In this document: positions 17,860 to 25,941 of the stretch, one piece after another
How the letters are laid out: each line of letters starts with the position of its first letter
Position numbering within the stretch: position 1 is the first letter of the stretch
Assembly: GCA_965203855.1 (NCBI GenBank)
Contig: CBDBDN010000009.1
Span: 180,208-244,207 of the forward strand
DNA from: Dehalococcoidia bacterium
Lineage (GTDB): Bacteria; Chloroflexota; Dehalococcoidia; Lucifugimonadales; UBA3495
Reading direction: 5' to 3'
DNA length: 64,000 nt
Notes under the pieces: generated by a model
The model's database searches: none
What the model was told of the DNA's origin: nothing
The model's input: the letters and a program-made list of their open reading frames with translations, nothing else
Made by a program: the position numbers and the translations under genes

Positions 17860-18912
17860 GTGCCACGATTGAAAGCCGGCAAATTACCTCCCGAACTGCT
17901 TTCCGAGCTGCTTGATTCCTGCGCCGCCGGGGACTCTGATCCGCGACTGCTGGTCGGCCCCAAGGTAGGCGAGGATTGCGCGGTATTGGACCTGGGCGGC
18001 CGTTTATTGCTGGCCAAGTCGGATCCCGTCACTTTCGCCGCCGAGCATATCGGATGGTATGCGGTGCAGGTTAACGCCAACGACATTGCGTGCAGCGGCG
18101 GGGCGCCGCGGTGGTTTCTGCCTACCGTCATGCTGCCCACCGACAGCAGCCCGGATAACGCGCGCCGCATATTTGCCGACATCGCCGCCGCCTGCCGTCA
18201 ATTGGGCGTTGTCGTCATTGGCGGCCACACCGAAGTAACCGTTGGTATCCCCCGGCCGATTATCGCCGGCACGATGCTGGGGGAAGCGGCGTCTCGGGAC
18301 CGCCTGATAACTACCGGCGGGGCGCAGGACGGGGACAGCATCATCGTTACGACCGGACTGGCCATTGAGGGGACGGCAATCCTGGCGAAGGAATATCCGG
18401 CCGAGCTGCGCGCCGCCGGTATCAGCGATGCCGTCATCGCACGGGCCACCGCGTACCTAACCGATCCGGGCATCAGCGTAGTAGCGGCGGCGCAAGCCTT
18501 GTGCAACGCCGCCGGGATACACAGCCTGCATGATGTTACCGAAGGCGGCGTCATCACCGCATTGCGCGAAGTTGCCGCCGCCGCCAATCTGGGCCTGGTG
18601 GCCGAGGCGGAGAGTATGCCGGTGCTGCCGGAATCCACCGCCGTGTGCGCCGCACTGGGCATCGATCCGCTGGGGCTGCTCGGCTCCGGGGCGCTGATTG
18701 CGACTCTGCCGGCGTCCGAAACGCCGCGCGCGCTGCGGGCGCTGGACGCCATCGGCGTAACCGGCTGGGAAGTGGGGCAGATGATGGAAGCGTCTGACGG
18801 GCTGTGGCTGATTGACCGCGCTGGCGAACATACGCTGCCGGAGTTTCCGCGGGATGAGCTGGCCCGCTATCTGGAAACCGGAAACGGGGCGCAGGATGAC
18901 GCCAACGGCTAA
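17860..18912 (+). CDS. AIR synthase-related (PurM/HypE/ThiL superfamily) protein
   Basis: VGEDCAVLDL, NDIACSGGAPRW and VVIGGHTEV are typical PurM-superfamily motifs. Start placed at in-frame GTG 17860 (TTG 17848 also possible). The upstream 133 codons of the ORF look non-coding. Confidence 0.7.
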   Translation: MPRLKAGKLPPELLSELLDSCAAGDSDPRLLVGPKVGEDCAVLDLGGRLLLAKSDPVTFAAEHIGWYAVQVNANDIACSGGAPRWFLPTVMLPTDSSPDNARRIFADIAAACRQLGVVVIGGHTEVTVGIPRPIIAGTMLGEAASRDRLITTGGAQDGDSIIVTTGLAIEGTAILAKEYPAELRAAGISDAVIARATAYLTDPGISVVAAAQALCNAAGIHSLHDVTEGGVITALREVAAAANLGLVAEAESMPVLPESTAVCAALGIDPLGLLGSGALIATLPASETPRALRALDAIGVTGWEVGQMMEASDGLWLIDRAGEHTLPEFPRDELARYLETGNGAQDDANG

Positions 18913-19877
18913 CCGGCCAGGTACAAATCAATGCAATCCCGCAGTTGGGACAGGGTGATGTTGCCGCCGCTGACGGTGATGGATATTTTCTTGCCCTGTA
19001 CCAGGTCGGGACGCCGCACGGCGCCGGCCAGGGCGGTGGCGCCGGCGCCCTCGGCCAGGGTGTGGGCTTTTTCGGCCAGCATCGCTACCGCCCGTTTCAC
19101 GTCGTCATCGCTGACCAGGACGAAATCGTCCAGCCGGTGGCGCATAATTTGCTGGGGGAGTTCGTAGCCTACGGCGGTGGCCGTGCCTTCGATCCAGGTT
19201 TGCATTGGGGCCTGCACCAGCTGCCCTTGCTGCCAGGAAAGGTAGGCGGCCGGGGCCGCTTCGGACTGTACGGCCACGACCTGGATGTCGGGGTTGATTG
19301 ACTTGGCGACTACGCAGGCGCCGGAGATGCCGCTGCCGCCGCCGATGGGGAGCAGCATCAGGTCGATGTCCGGCAAGTCCTCGATGATTTCCAGGCTGGC
19401 GGTGCCGACGCCGGCAATCAAGGCCGGTTCGTTGACGGGATGGATATAACGATAGCCTTCCTCGGCGGCCAGCTGTTCGCAGTACTCGCGCGCCTGGTCG
19501 AAGTTGTCGCCGTGAAAAATCAGTTGCGCGCCCAGGGCTTCCATAGCGGCGACCTTGTTAGGGTTGGCGCCTACAGGGAGGCCAATCAGGGCGCGGGCGC
19601 CGAACATACGGCAGGCGTTGGCGATGGACTGGCCGTGATTGCCGCTGCTGGCGGTAATCAGCCCGCGTTCCCGTTCCGATTGGCTCATATTGGCAAGCAG
19701 GTTGATGCCGCCCCGCATCTTGAAAGCGCCCAGCGGGAGATGCTCCTCGTGCTTCAGGTGAACTTCGGCGTCCAGCGCGGCGCTCAAAGCAGGCGAGTAG
19801 GTCAACGGGGTGCGGGTGATGTAAGGGGCGATGGTGCGCTGCGCCGACAGGACGTCGCGCAGAGTGGGGATGTTCAT
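18909..19877 (-). CDS. PLP-dependent threonine/serine dehydratase
   Basis: Start at ATG 19877 (MNIPTLRDVL...). HLPLGAFKMRGG (PLP lysine motif) and SSGNHGQS motifs. Confidence 0.8.
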   Translation of the reverse strand: MNIPTLRDVLSAQRTIAPYITRTPLTYSPALSAALDAEVHLKHEEHLPLGAFKMRGGINLLANMSQSERERGLITASSGNHGQSIANACRMFGARALIGLPVGANPNKVAAMEALGAQLIFHGDNFDQAREYCEQLAAEEGYRYIHPVNEPALIAGVGTASLEIIEDLPDIDLMLLPIGGGSGISGACVVAKSINPDIQVVAVQSEAAPAAYLSWQQGQLVQAPMQTWIEGTATAVGYELPQQIMRHRLDDFVLVSDDDVKRAVAMLAEKAHTLAEGAGATALAGAVRRPDLVQGKKISITVSGGNITLSQLRDCIDLYLAG

Positions 19878-20645
19878 AGGAAGTTCCTCAAAGGGGCCGG
19901 GCGATGTTGGAGTGAATGAATTCAGATTAGGCACGCCGCCGCCGGGTGTCAACCGGCCGGACGGCGTTGCGTCGTTTTGCCGGCCGTCCGGCTGAAAATG
20001 TAATTGCACTTTTTAACTGGCGGCGGTACACGCCAAACTAGCGATTTGCGAAATCGTTACACGCCTTATTACACACAATCGGGCGGAATGCCGAATGCAG
20101 CGGATAGCGATAAATGTAAATACACTACCAATAGCGGCGCTAGAATAGTGTAACGACAGCATCCAACGGCAATTCGGTGTACTGGCGGTACTCGTTGGGG
20201 TGTACTGCGCCGGCGCTGGCCGGTTGGTACACCGGCCTGGTATCTGCATCGCGGGTAGTGGCGGGAATGCCGGGTAATGGCCGTTTGGAGGGGCTGGCAG
20301 CGCGGCCAGGCTGGGCAACGCCAGCGCAACCCAGTTCAGCATAGGCTCAATGCGGCCCAGCAGGCCACTTTCGGCAGCGGGGCAGTACATCAACGCGTCA
20401 TTCGCCGCCGCGCCATCCGGTCGACGGCGGGCGGTTCCTGGGCCGAGCAACTCCCGCCTTGGACGGGTTCCAGCCGCGGCGGGGTTATGCCAAGCGAAGC
20501 CGGCGCCGGCGCCGGGCGGCTTGAAAATCGTTGAAATCGGATTTGGAGGCTGTAGCGCTGGGGGCTTCAATCTGGCAAAATAGGCACAAGTCAAGGGTGT
20601 TCTAGAATTTTCTAAAAAGTTTTTTAGGATTTTCTAAATATGGTC

Positions 20646-20674
20646 TTGACTAACGCCGAAAATCCTGCTAATGT
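20646..20674 (+). promoter_or_regulatory. sigma-70-type promoter (TTGACT, 17-bp spacer, TAATGT) with upstream AT-rich direct repeats
   Basis: TTGACT at 20646-20651, TAATGT at 20669-20674. ATTTTCTAAA occurs at 20607-20616 and 20629-20638. Confidence 0.5.
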
Positions 20675-20741
20675 AGCGTTCAAGCAGTGCGGTGGGGGAA
20701 AATGTACCGGCTTTGGGCGGCTACAAAAACTGCAACGAGGC

Positions 20742-20752
20742 GTGTAATACAC
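20742..20752. promoter_or_regulatory. perfect 11-bp palindrome GTGTA-A-TACAC between promoter and RBS (candidate operator)
   Basis: Read directly from the sequence. It lies 4 nt upstream of GGAGG (20756-20760). Confidence 0.4.
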
Positions 20753-20766
20753 TACGGAGGTGCATT

Positions 20767-20994
20767 TTGGCACGCAAGACGAAACTGATGCTGCGCGTAG
20801 AAAAGGAGTACGATCGCCCGCTGGAGCGGTTGCTACCCGACCTCGTGAACGACCAGGGTATGACGGCTACCGCCGACACGCTGGGCGTCAGCAAGGCCAC
20901 GCTGGGCTACTGGATGCTCAAAATGGGCATCAATGTGCGCCGCGTTGCGCTGGCTCCCGGTGAAGTCCTGGAAGTGAAGCGCACCCCCAACTAA
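20767..20994 (+). CDS. small helix-turn-helix DNA-binding protein
   Basis: TTG 20767 lies 6 nt after GGAGG. MTATADTLGVSKATLGYWMLKMGI is a classic HTH segment. Confidence 0.55.
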   Translation: MARKTKLMLRVEKEYDRPLERLLPDLVNDQGMTATADTLGVSKATLGYWMLKMGINVRRVALAPGEVLEVKRTPN

Positions 20995-21120
20995 CCGAGC
21001 GCCTGCGGCCGGCGCGGCCCAATGACAACCGCCCGGCCAAAAGGTACGCCCGTCAGCGCGCCAAGGTGAGCGGGCGACTGACGGGCGTCCGGGCTGCCGT
21101 ATGCGCGGCAGTCCGTAAAG

Positions 21121-21152
21121 ACGCCCCGGCCGGTGGCAAAAGGCCGGGGCGT
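21121..21152. terminator. 11-bp GC-rich hairpin downstream of the formamidase gene
   Basis: ACGCCCCGGCC...GGCCGGGGCGT. On the minus strand it is followed by TCTTTAC. Confidence 0.5.
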
Positions 21153-21220
21153 TGCTATGTAATTCGGCGGCCGGCGCGGCGCCGGTTGGCGCTGCCCGGG
21201 TGGCGGGCCGGCGCCGGCCG

Positions 21221-22333
21221 CTACCCGGAAAAGATGGCTTCGGGCAGAAACGCCGACACCGTTATGTTAGGCAAGTCCACAATGTTGCTTACCCTCAAAT
21301 CGACGGCGACGCTGCAAATGATATATGCCTGCTCTGCCGTCCAGCCGCGTTCTTGCAGCAGGGCAATCATATTGAGCAGGGCGTTGCGCGCGGCGAGGGA
21401 GAGGCTGCTTTCCCCCTCTTGAGTGCCGTCGGCGCGTATGGGGTAGCCCAGCGTGGCCGTAAAATTGCGGGGGGCGGCCCATTCCGGGGGGAGGAAATAG
21501 CCGGGATGGGCGTAGCGCGGCATGGTTATGTTATGCCGCTCCGCTGCGCCCTGGTGCAGCGTAAAACGCACTGCCGCCGTTGCTCCCATCTCAATGGCCG
21601 TGATGCACACTTCGCCGTCGCCTTGGGCGAAATGGCCGTCCCCGGCGGAGTACAGCCCGCCATCAACCGCTACCGGAATAAACAGCCGGGAGCCTTTGGT
21701 GAGCTGCTTGGCGTCCACATTGCCGCAGTTTTCCCGGGGCGGAATGGTACGCAGGCCGGTCCGGGCGATTGCGCCGCCGGCCGGCACGGCGTCCTCCGGG
21801 TCTGGCGGGGCAGCCGTTCCGCCGCGCCGGGCAAAGTCCGCTTCCCGCGCCGTCCAGTCCACCAGCTGCCGATGGGAAGGAGCCAGCCCGGCAGTCCCCA
21901 TAAAGGAACCGTTGGGAATGCGGACGCCGGGCAGCTGTTCCGATGTGGCCCATCCGTCGGCGATGTTCCAATGCACCAGGCAAGGTTCGGTGAATATATC
22001 CCGCAGAAATCCGGCGCCGGGGCGGTTGCGGGTCCAGCCGTAGGGCTGCGGGATGATGTCAAGGTACTCAATTTCCAGGAGGTCGCCCGGCGCGGCGCCT
22101 TTGACATACACCGGGCCGGTGAGGGGATGGCCTACTTTGGCGTCCAGTCCGGCCAGGTCGGCGGCGGTCATGGCGGGCTGGATCTGGCAGTCGGACGCAT
22201 CCCGCGTTTCCAGCACTACTTCCTCGCCGGGGTCAACTTCAACAATGGGCGGGATGTCGGGATGCCAACGGTTATGGCCGAGCTGCGGTTCCGCTTTGAG
22301 ACGCTTGCTGCGGTCAATGCTGATGCTTTTCAC
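21221..22333 (-). CDS. acetamidase/formamidase family protein
   Basis: N-terminal HNRWHPDIPP and overall length and pattern are typical of the FmdA/AmdA family. Confidence 0.8.
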   Translation of the reverse strand: MKSISIDRSKRLKAEPQLGHNRWHPDIPPIVEVDPGEEVVLETRDASDCQIQPAMTAADLAGLDAKVGHPLTGPVYVKGAAPGDLLEIEYLDIIPQPYGWTRNRPGAGFLRDIFTEPCLVHWNIADGWATSEQLPGVRIPNGSFMGTAGLAPSHRQLVDWTAREADFARRGGTAAPPDPEDAVPAGGAIARTGLRTIPPRENCGNVDAKQLTKGSRLFIPVAVDGGLYSAGDGHFAQGDGEVCITAIEMGATAAVRFTLHQGAAERHNITMPRYAHPGYFLPPEWAAPRNFTATLGYPIRADGTQEGESSLSLAARNALLNMIALLQERGWTAEQAYIICSVAVDLRVSNIVDLPNITVSAFLPEAIFSG

Positions 22334-22472
22334 GATGCTATCCCCCCTTTTATGTCAATTGCACTATCGCCTATTTTACCATTGCCGTCACTGCGCCAAA
22401 CTAAAAGGGCGGCGGAGGGGAATGCTGATTCCGCCCCCGCCGCGCTGCTGTCGGCTGCGCTGCGTCGCCCGG

Positions 22473-24158
22473 CTACAACGACCAGTCATCAGGCAGGTCC
22501 GGCGTCGGCAGCGGGCGTATCATCACTTCTACCAGGGCCGGTTGGCCGCCGTCGATGGCTTGAAGCGCGCGCTGAAAAGCGGGCCGGATGGCTTCGGGGC
22601 GCTCTACGCGTTCCGACCAGCAGCCCAACCCGTTGGCGACGATGCTGAAGTTGCCGCCCAGCACCGCCAGCTCCGGCGGCGTGCCATTGGGGTTTTCCAT
22701 ACCCATCATGCCGCCGCCGATGCCGCCGTTGTTGATGACCACCGTCAGGATGGGCAAGCCCATGCGGGCGGCGGTTTCCAGTTCCATACCGGTCATCCCA
22801 AAGGAAGCATCTCCGAGCAGATGAACTACCAGATGGTCGGGTCGGCCCAGTTTGGCGCCAATGGCTGCGCCGACTGACCAGCCCATCGCGGCCATGCCGC
22901 CCATCGCCACAAAATTGCGGGGACGGGTAGTCTGCCAGAAGGGAACCATATAGCCCCGGCTGCCGCCGGCGTCGTGCAGGGCGATGGTACGGTCCGGGTC
23001 AATCACCTGATAAAGCTCGTGGACGACGCGGTAGCCGTTGGTAGGGGTTTCCGGGTCGTTGAAGCGGGGCATCCATTCCAGGTTGTGCTTGGCGTGGCAC
23101 TGCCGGATTTCGGCGGCGATTTCCGGTTTGACGCCCCCGGCATCCGGCCCGACGCGTTGCCGCACGGCGTCAATGATGGCGCGGAGGGCCAGCTTGGCGT
23201 CCGCCAGTATCGGCAGGTCAACCTGGTAGGTCTTGTTCAAGTCGGCAGGGTCGGCATTGATATGGATGATGCTGACGCCGTCAGGGATTGGGCGTCCGTC
23301 GGTGCCGTTGGGCTGCCGGAACGAGTTGCCGACGGCCAGAACCACATCGGCCTTGCGGTTGATTTGCAGCGCGGCGCCGGAAGCATAGCGGCTGCGGGGA
23401 TAGACGCCGCCGCCCAGGGATAGGGGGTGATTTTCCGGGAAAATGCCTTTCCCCATAATGGTGGTGGCCACGGGCATGGAGAGCAGTTCCGCCAGCTCCA
23501 TTACTTCGGCTGCGGCGCCGGCGCTCATGGCGCCGCCGCCGGCGTTCAGGATGGGGAAGTTGGCGTTAGCCAGCAGATGGGCGGCGCGCTGCACGTCGGC
23601 GTCGGCTGGCCCGGCTTTGCCGGGCGTACCTACCGGCGCATAGGCCAAAACGGAGGCGTCCGCTTCGGCGGTTAGCACATCCTGGGGCATTTCCAGCACT
23701 ACGGGGCCGGGGGAGCCGGAGCGCAGCGCGGTAAAAGCGCGGCGCATCACTTGGGGAATGTCCTGGACGCGGGTAAAGGTGCCCCGCCACTTGCACAGGC
23801 CGTCAAAGATGCTGGCGGATACTTCCTGCTGCCATTCCTGGCCCAGGTTGCGGAGGGGATGCTGCCCCATCAGCAGCAGCACGGGGATATTGTCGGCGTA
23901 GCAGCCGGCGATGGCGGTAAGGCAGTTGGTAGCGCCCGGGCCGGTGCCAGTCATGGCGACGCCTACTGCGCCGGTGGCGCGGGCGTAGCCATCAGCGATT
24001 TCCACGCCGAGACGCTCGTGGCGCGCGGCAAAGGGGCGGATGGTAGCGGACTGGCGCAACGGCCCCCACAGCGGGGACAAACCGCCGCCGGAGAACCCGG
24101 TTATGTAACGCACCCCTTCCAGTTCCAGGGCTTTGACTACGGCTTCGGCGCCACGCAT
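22473..24158 (-). CDS. thiamine-diphosphate-dependent enzyme (acetolactate synthase-like)
   Basis: N-terminal GVRYITGFSGG and C-terminal GDASFGMTGMELETA...NNGG TPP-binding motif. Confidence 0.85.
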   Translation of the reverse strand: MRGAEAVVKALELEGVRYITGFSGGGLSPLWGPLRQSATIRPFAARHERLGVEIADGYARATGAVGVAMTGTGPGATNCLTAIAGCYADNIPVLLLMGQHPLRNLGQEWQQEVSASIFDGLCKWRGTFTRVQDIPQVMRRAFTALRSGSPGPVVLEMPQDVLTAEADASVLAYAPVGTPGKAGPADADVQRAAHLLANANFPILNAGGGAMSAGAAAEVMELAELLSMPVATTIMGKGIFPENHPLSLGGGVYPRSRYASGAALQINRKADVVLAVGNSFRQPNGTDGRPIPDGVSIIHINADPADLNKTYQVDLPILADAKLALRAIIDAVRQRVGPDAGGVKPEIAAEIRQCHAKHNLEWMPRFNDPETPTNGYRVVHELYQVIDPDRTIALHDAGGSRGYMVPFWQTTRPRNFVAMGGMAAMGWSVGAAIGAKLGRPDHLVVHLLGDASFGMTGMELETAARMGLPILTVVINNGGIGGGMMGMENPNGTPPELAVLGGNFSIVANGLGCWSERVERPEAIRPAFQRALQAIDGGQPALVEVMIRPLPTPDLPDDWSL

Positions 24159-24294
24159 AACGGCTCCTCCTCATCGGCGGGATGGAGCGGCCAAGTTAGC
24201 CGGGCCGAGCGCCCGGCGCAACCCGCTCCGCAATTATGCGGGATGATAGGGCAAGGGGATGACGGGGTCAACCGGGCGCCGGCCTGGCGGGGGA

Positions 24295-24771
24295 CTATAA
24301 AGCGCGGGCCAGATGTTCCAGTTCGTCCAGGACTTCGGAGAAAGTAGGGAACTGATAGCGTTGCAATGCTTCGCAAAGCATTTGCTTGCCGGTGGCCGGG
24401 TCATAGATGCGGTGGATGTAATCGTCAGGGTTGGCGTGGAGGTTATGGTATTTCAGGAGGAGGTTGCCGCCGATTTGCCATCCGATGTAGGCGTACCGCA
24501 AACCGCGGACACGGTGCGGAATATGGGCATTATCGTACTCAAAAAGGATGCGAATTTCTAACGCTACGCCTCGCTCGCAGTACACGATACCCGTCATCAA
24601 TAAATCGGCCGTATCAGCGTCAAATCCGATGTCCAGCGTATCCAGATGCCGAATGACAAACGGACGCTGCGCTAACCGGATGTCGAGGACGGCTTTGTAG
24701 TTTTCCCACGACTGCCATCCGTGCGGGTCCGGTCGTTCAGAGATTGCAATGCGCGATAAGCGAAGCACCAT
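24295..24771 (-). CDS. hypothetical protein, possibly TumE/DUF6516-like toxin
   Basis: LRYAYIGWQIGGNLLLKYHNLHANPDDYIHRIYD loosely resembles the DUF6516 core. Lower GC than flanks. The start is uncertain, and ATG 24771 overlaps the upstream gene by 100 nt. Confidence 0.35.
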   Translation of the reverse strand: MVLRLSRIAISERPDPHGWQSWENYKAVLDIRLAQRPFVIRHLDTLDIGFDADTADLLMTGIVYCERGVALEIRILFEYDNAHIPHRVRGLRYAYIGWQIGGNLLLKYHNLHANPDDYIHRIYDPATGKQMLCEALQRYQFPTFSEVLDELEHLARAL

Positions 24772-24974
24772 TTCAAGACCTCCGCAGTTTCCTGCATTTC
24801 GCCCCATTCGATCAGCGCAGCCATGCGCGCGCTGGGCATTTCGTAGCGCCGCTCGTACTTGCTGATTTCTTTTTGCAGTTCGGCCATCATCTCAGCCCGC
24901 GATACTTTGCGAACCGGGGTGCCGGCAGTGGGTGCAGCTTGGGCAGCGTTGGAGGTAGCGGGTACGGCAGCCAT
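24672..24974 (-). CDS. small antitoxin-like protein
   Basis: KEISKYERRYEMPSARMAALIEWGEMQETAEVLKW resembles small addiction-module antitoxin-type proteins. The tail is low-complexity. Confidence 0.35.
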   Translation of the reverse strand: MAAVPATSNAAQAAPTAGTPVRKVSRAEMMAELQKEISKYERRYEMPSARMAALIEWGEMQETAEVLKWCFAYRALQSLNDRTRTDGSRGKTTKPSSTSG

Positions 24975-25176
24975 TTCAATCCCTACTTTATTCCGTGATG
25001 GGCCAAAAGCCTACACCACATCGCAGCCCTTGACAACGCAGCCGAGCCGCCGGCCGGGTTGGGCAAAGTGGGCGTTGGATAGTGACGCAGTGGGCGTTGA
25101 CGCCGGGCGGCAAGTTCCATGATAGTACTGCCCACCGGCGGCAACGCCGGATTCAATAGGGAGGCTTAACTATGCT

Positions 25177-25647
25177 ATGATTAGGATAGCCGATTTGCCC
25201 GAAGCAATTCACGCCGCCATCAACGGCTGGCGGGTATGGGTGACACTGGCTCTGTTCGTGTCGCTGATACTCAACGAGGCCGTTATTGGCATCGGCAGCG
25301 GCCAAACGATTACGCAGTCGCTAACCCGCATCCCGTACTATCTGATTCCGTACCTGCTGCTGGTCAGCGGGGCCATTGCTCAGGCCGGCATCGGCGCCGT
25401 GCCATTCGCAACAGGAGTGATTATGACGCTGTACGATGTTGCCATCAAGCGCCGGCAGGGCTGGCGGCAGGAGGGGGTGGAAGCGGGCCGCGCGGAAGGG
25501 CGGACGGAAGGGCGGTCTGAGGAACGCCGAGAGAAAATTGCCGCTGTCCTAGCGCACCCGGAGCTTACGGCGGAGCAGAAAGTGCTGTTCGTTGAGATCC
25601 TCAACACCGGCAACGATGACGCGCCGGGCGCTGCCAATCCCGCTTGA
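25177..25647 (+). CDS. membrane protein with a charged GRAEGR-repeat tail
   Basis: About three hydrophobic helices followed by KRRQGWRQEGVEAGRAEGRTEGRSEERREK. Confidence 0.5.
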   Translation: MIRIADLPEAIHAAINGWRVWVTLALFVSLILNEAVIGIGSGQTITQSLTRIPYYLIPYLLLVSGAIAQAGIGAVPFATGVIMTLYDVAIKRRQGWRQEGVEAGRAEGRTEGRSEERREKIAAVLAHPELTAEQKVLFVEILNTGNDDAPGAANPA

Positions 25648-25934
25648 CACTTACCGCAAGCCTTGCCGATGCCATCGCCCAGGCCGGCATCGGCGCAGTC
25701 CCGTTTGCGATAGGAGTGACTATGACACTGTACGATGTTGCCATCAAGCGCCGGCAGGGCTGGCGGCAGGAGGGGCTGGAAGCGGGCCGTGCGGAAGGCC
25801 GGGCAGAGGAGCGCCGGGATAAAATTGCAGCCGTCCTCGCGCACCCGGAGCTTACGGCGGAACAGAAAGTGCTGGTAGTTGAGATACTCAACGCCGGCAA
25901 CGATGACGCGGCGGGTACGCCCGATGCCGGGTGA
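25371..25934 (+). repeat. tandem duplication (about 280 bp, two copies) of the 3' part of the preceding gene
   Basis: 25371-25647 and 25671-25934 align almost base for base, with one 12-nt indel. The second copy forms an ORF lacking the N-terminal helices. Confidence 0.85.
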
Positions 25935-25941
25935 TGACGGC

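Noticed and set aside
20010-20590. Replication origin (oriC) hypothesis for the AT-richer non-coding block.
   Set aside because: I found no TTATCCACA-type DnaA boxes, no dnaA or dnaN nearby, and no AT-rich 13-mer unwinding cluster beyond the two ATTTTCTAAA repeats.
20013-20594. 193-aa ORF on the minus strand covering the non-coding block upstream of the small HTH gene.
   Set aside because: The translation is Pro/Ala-rich with no motif, there is no RBS, and composition is irregular along its length. The region is better explained as non-coding DNA carrying the TACAC half-site array.
25067-25100. Direct repeat AGTGGGCGTTG(G)A twice, 22 bp apart, upstream of the 25177 gene, as a regulator binding site.
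   Set aside because: Only two 12-13-nt copies exist, and they overlap a plausible -35 region (TTGACG). The repeat could be coincidental or part of the promoter, and no cognate regulator is identifiable.
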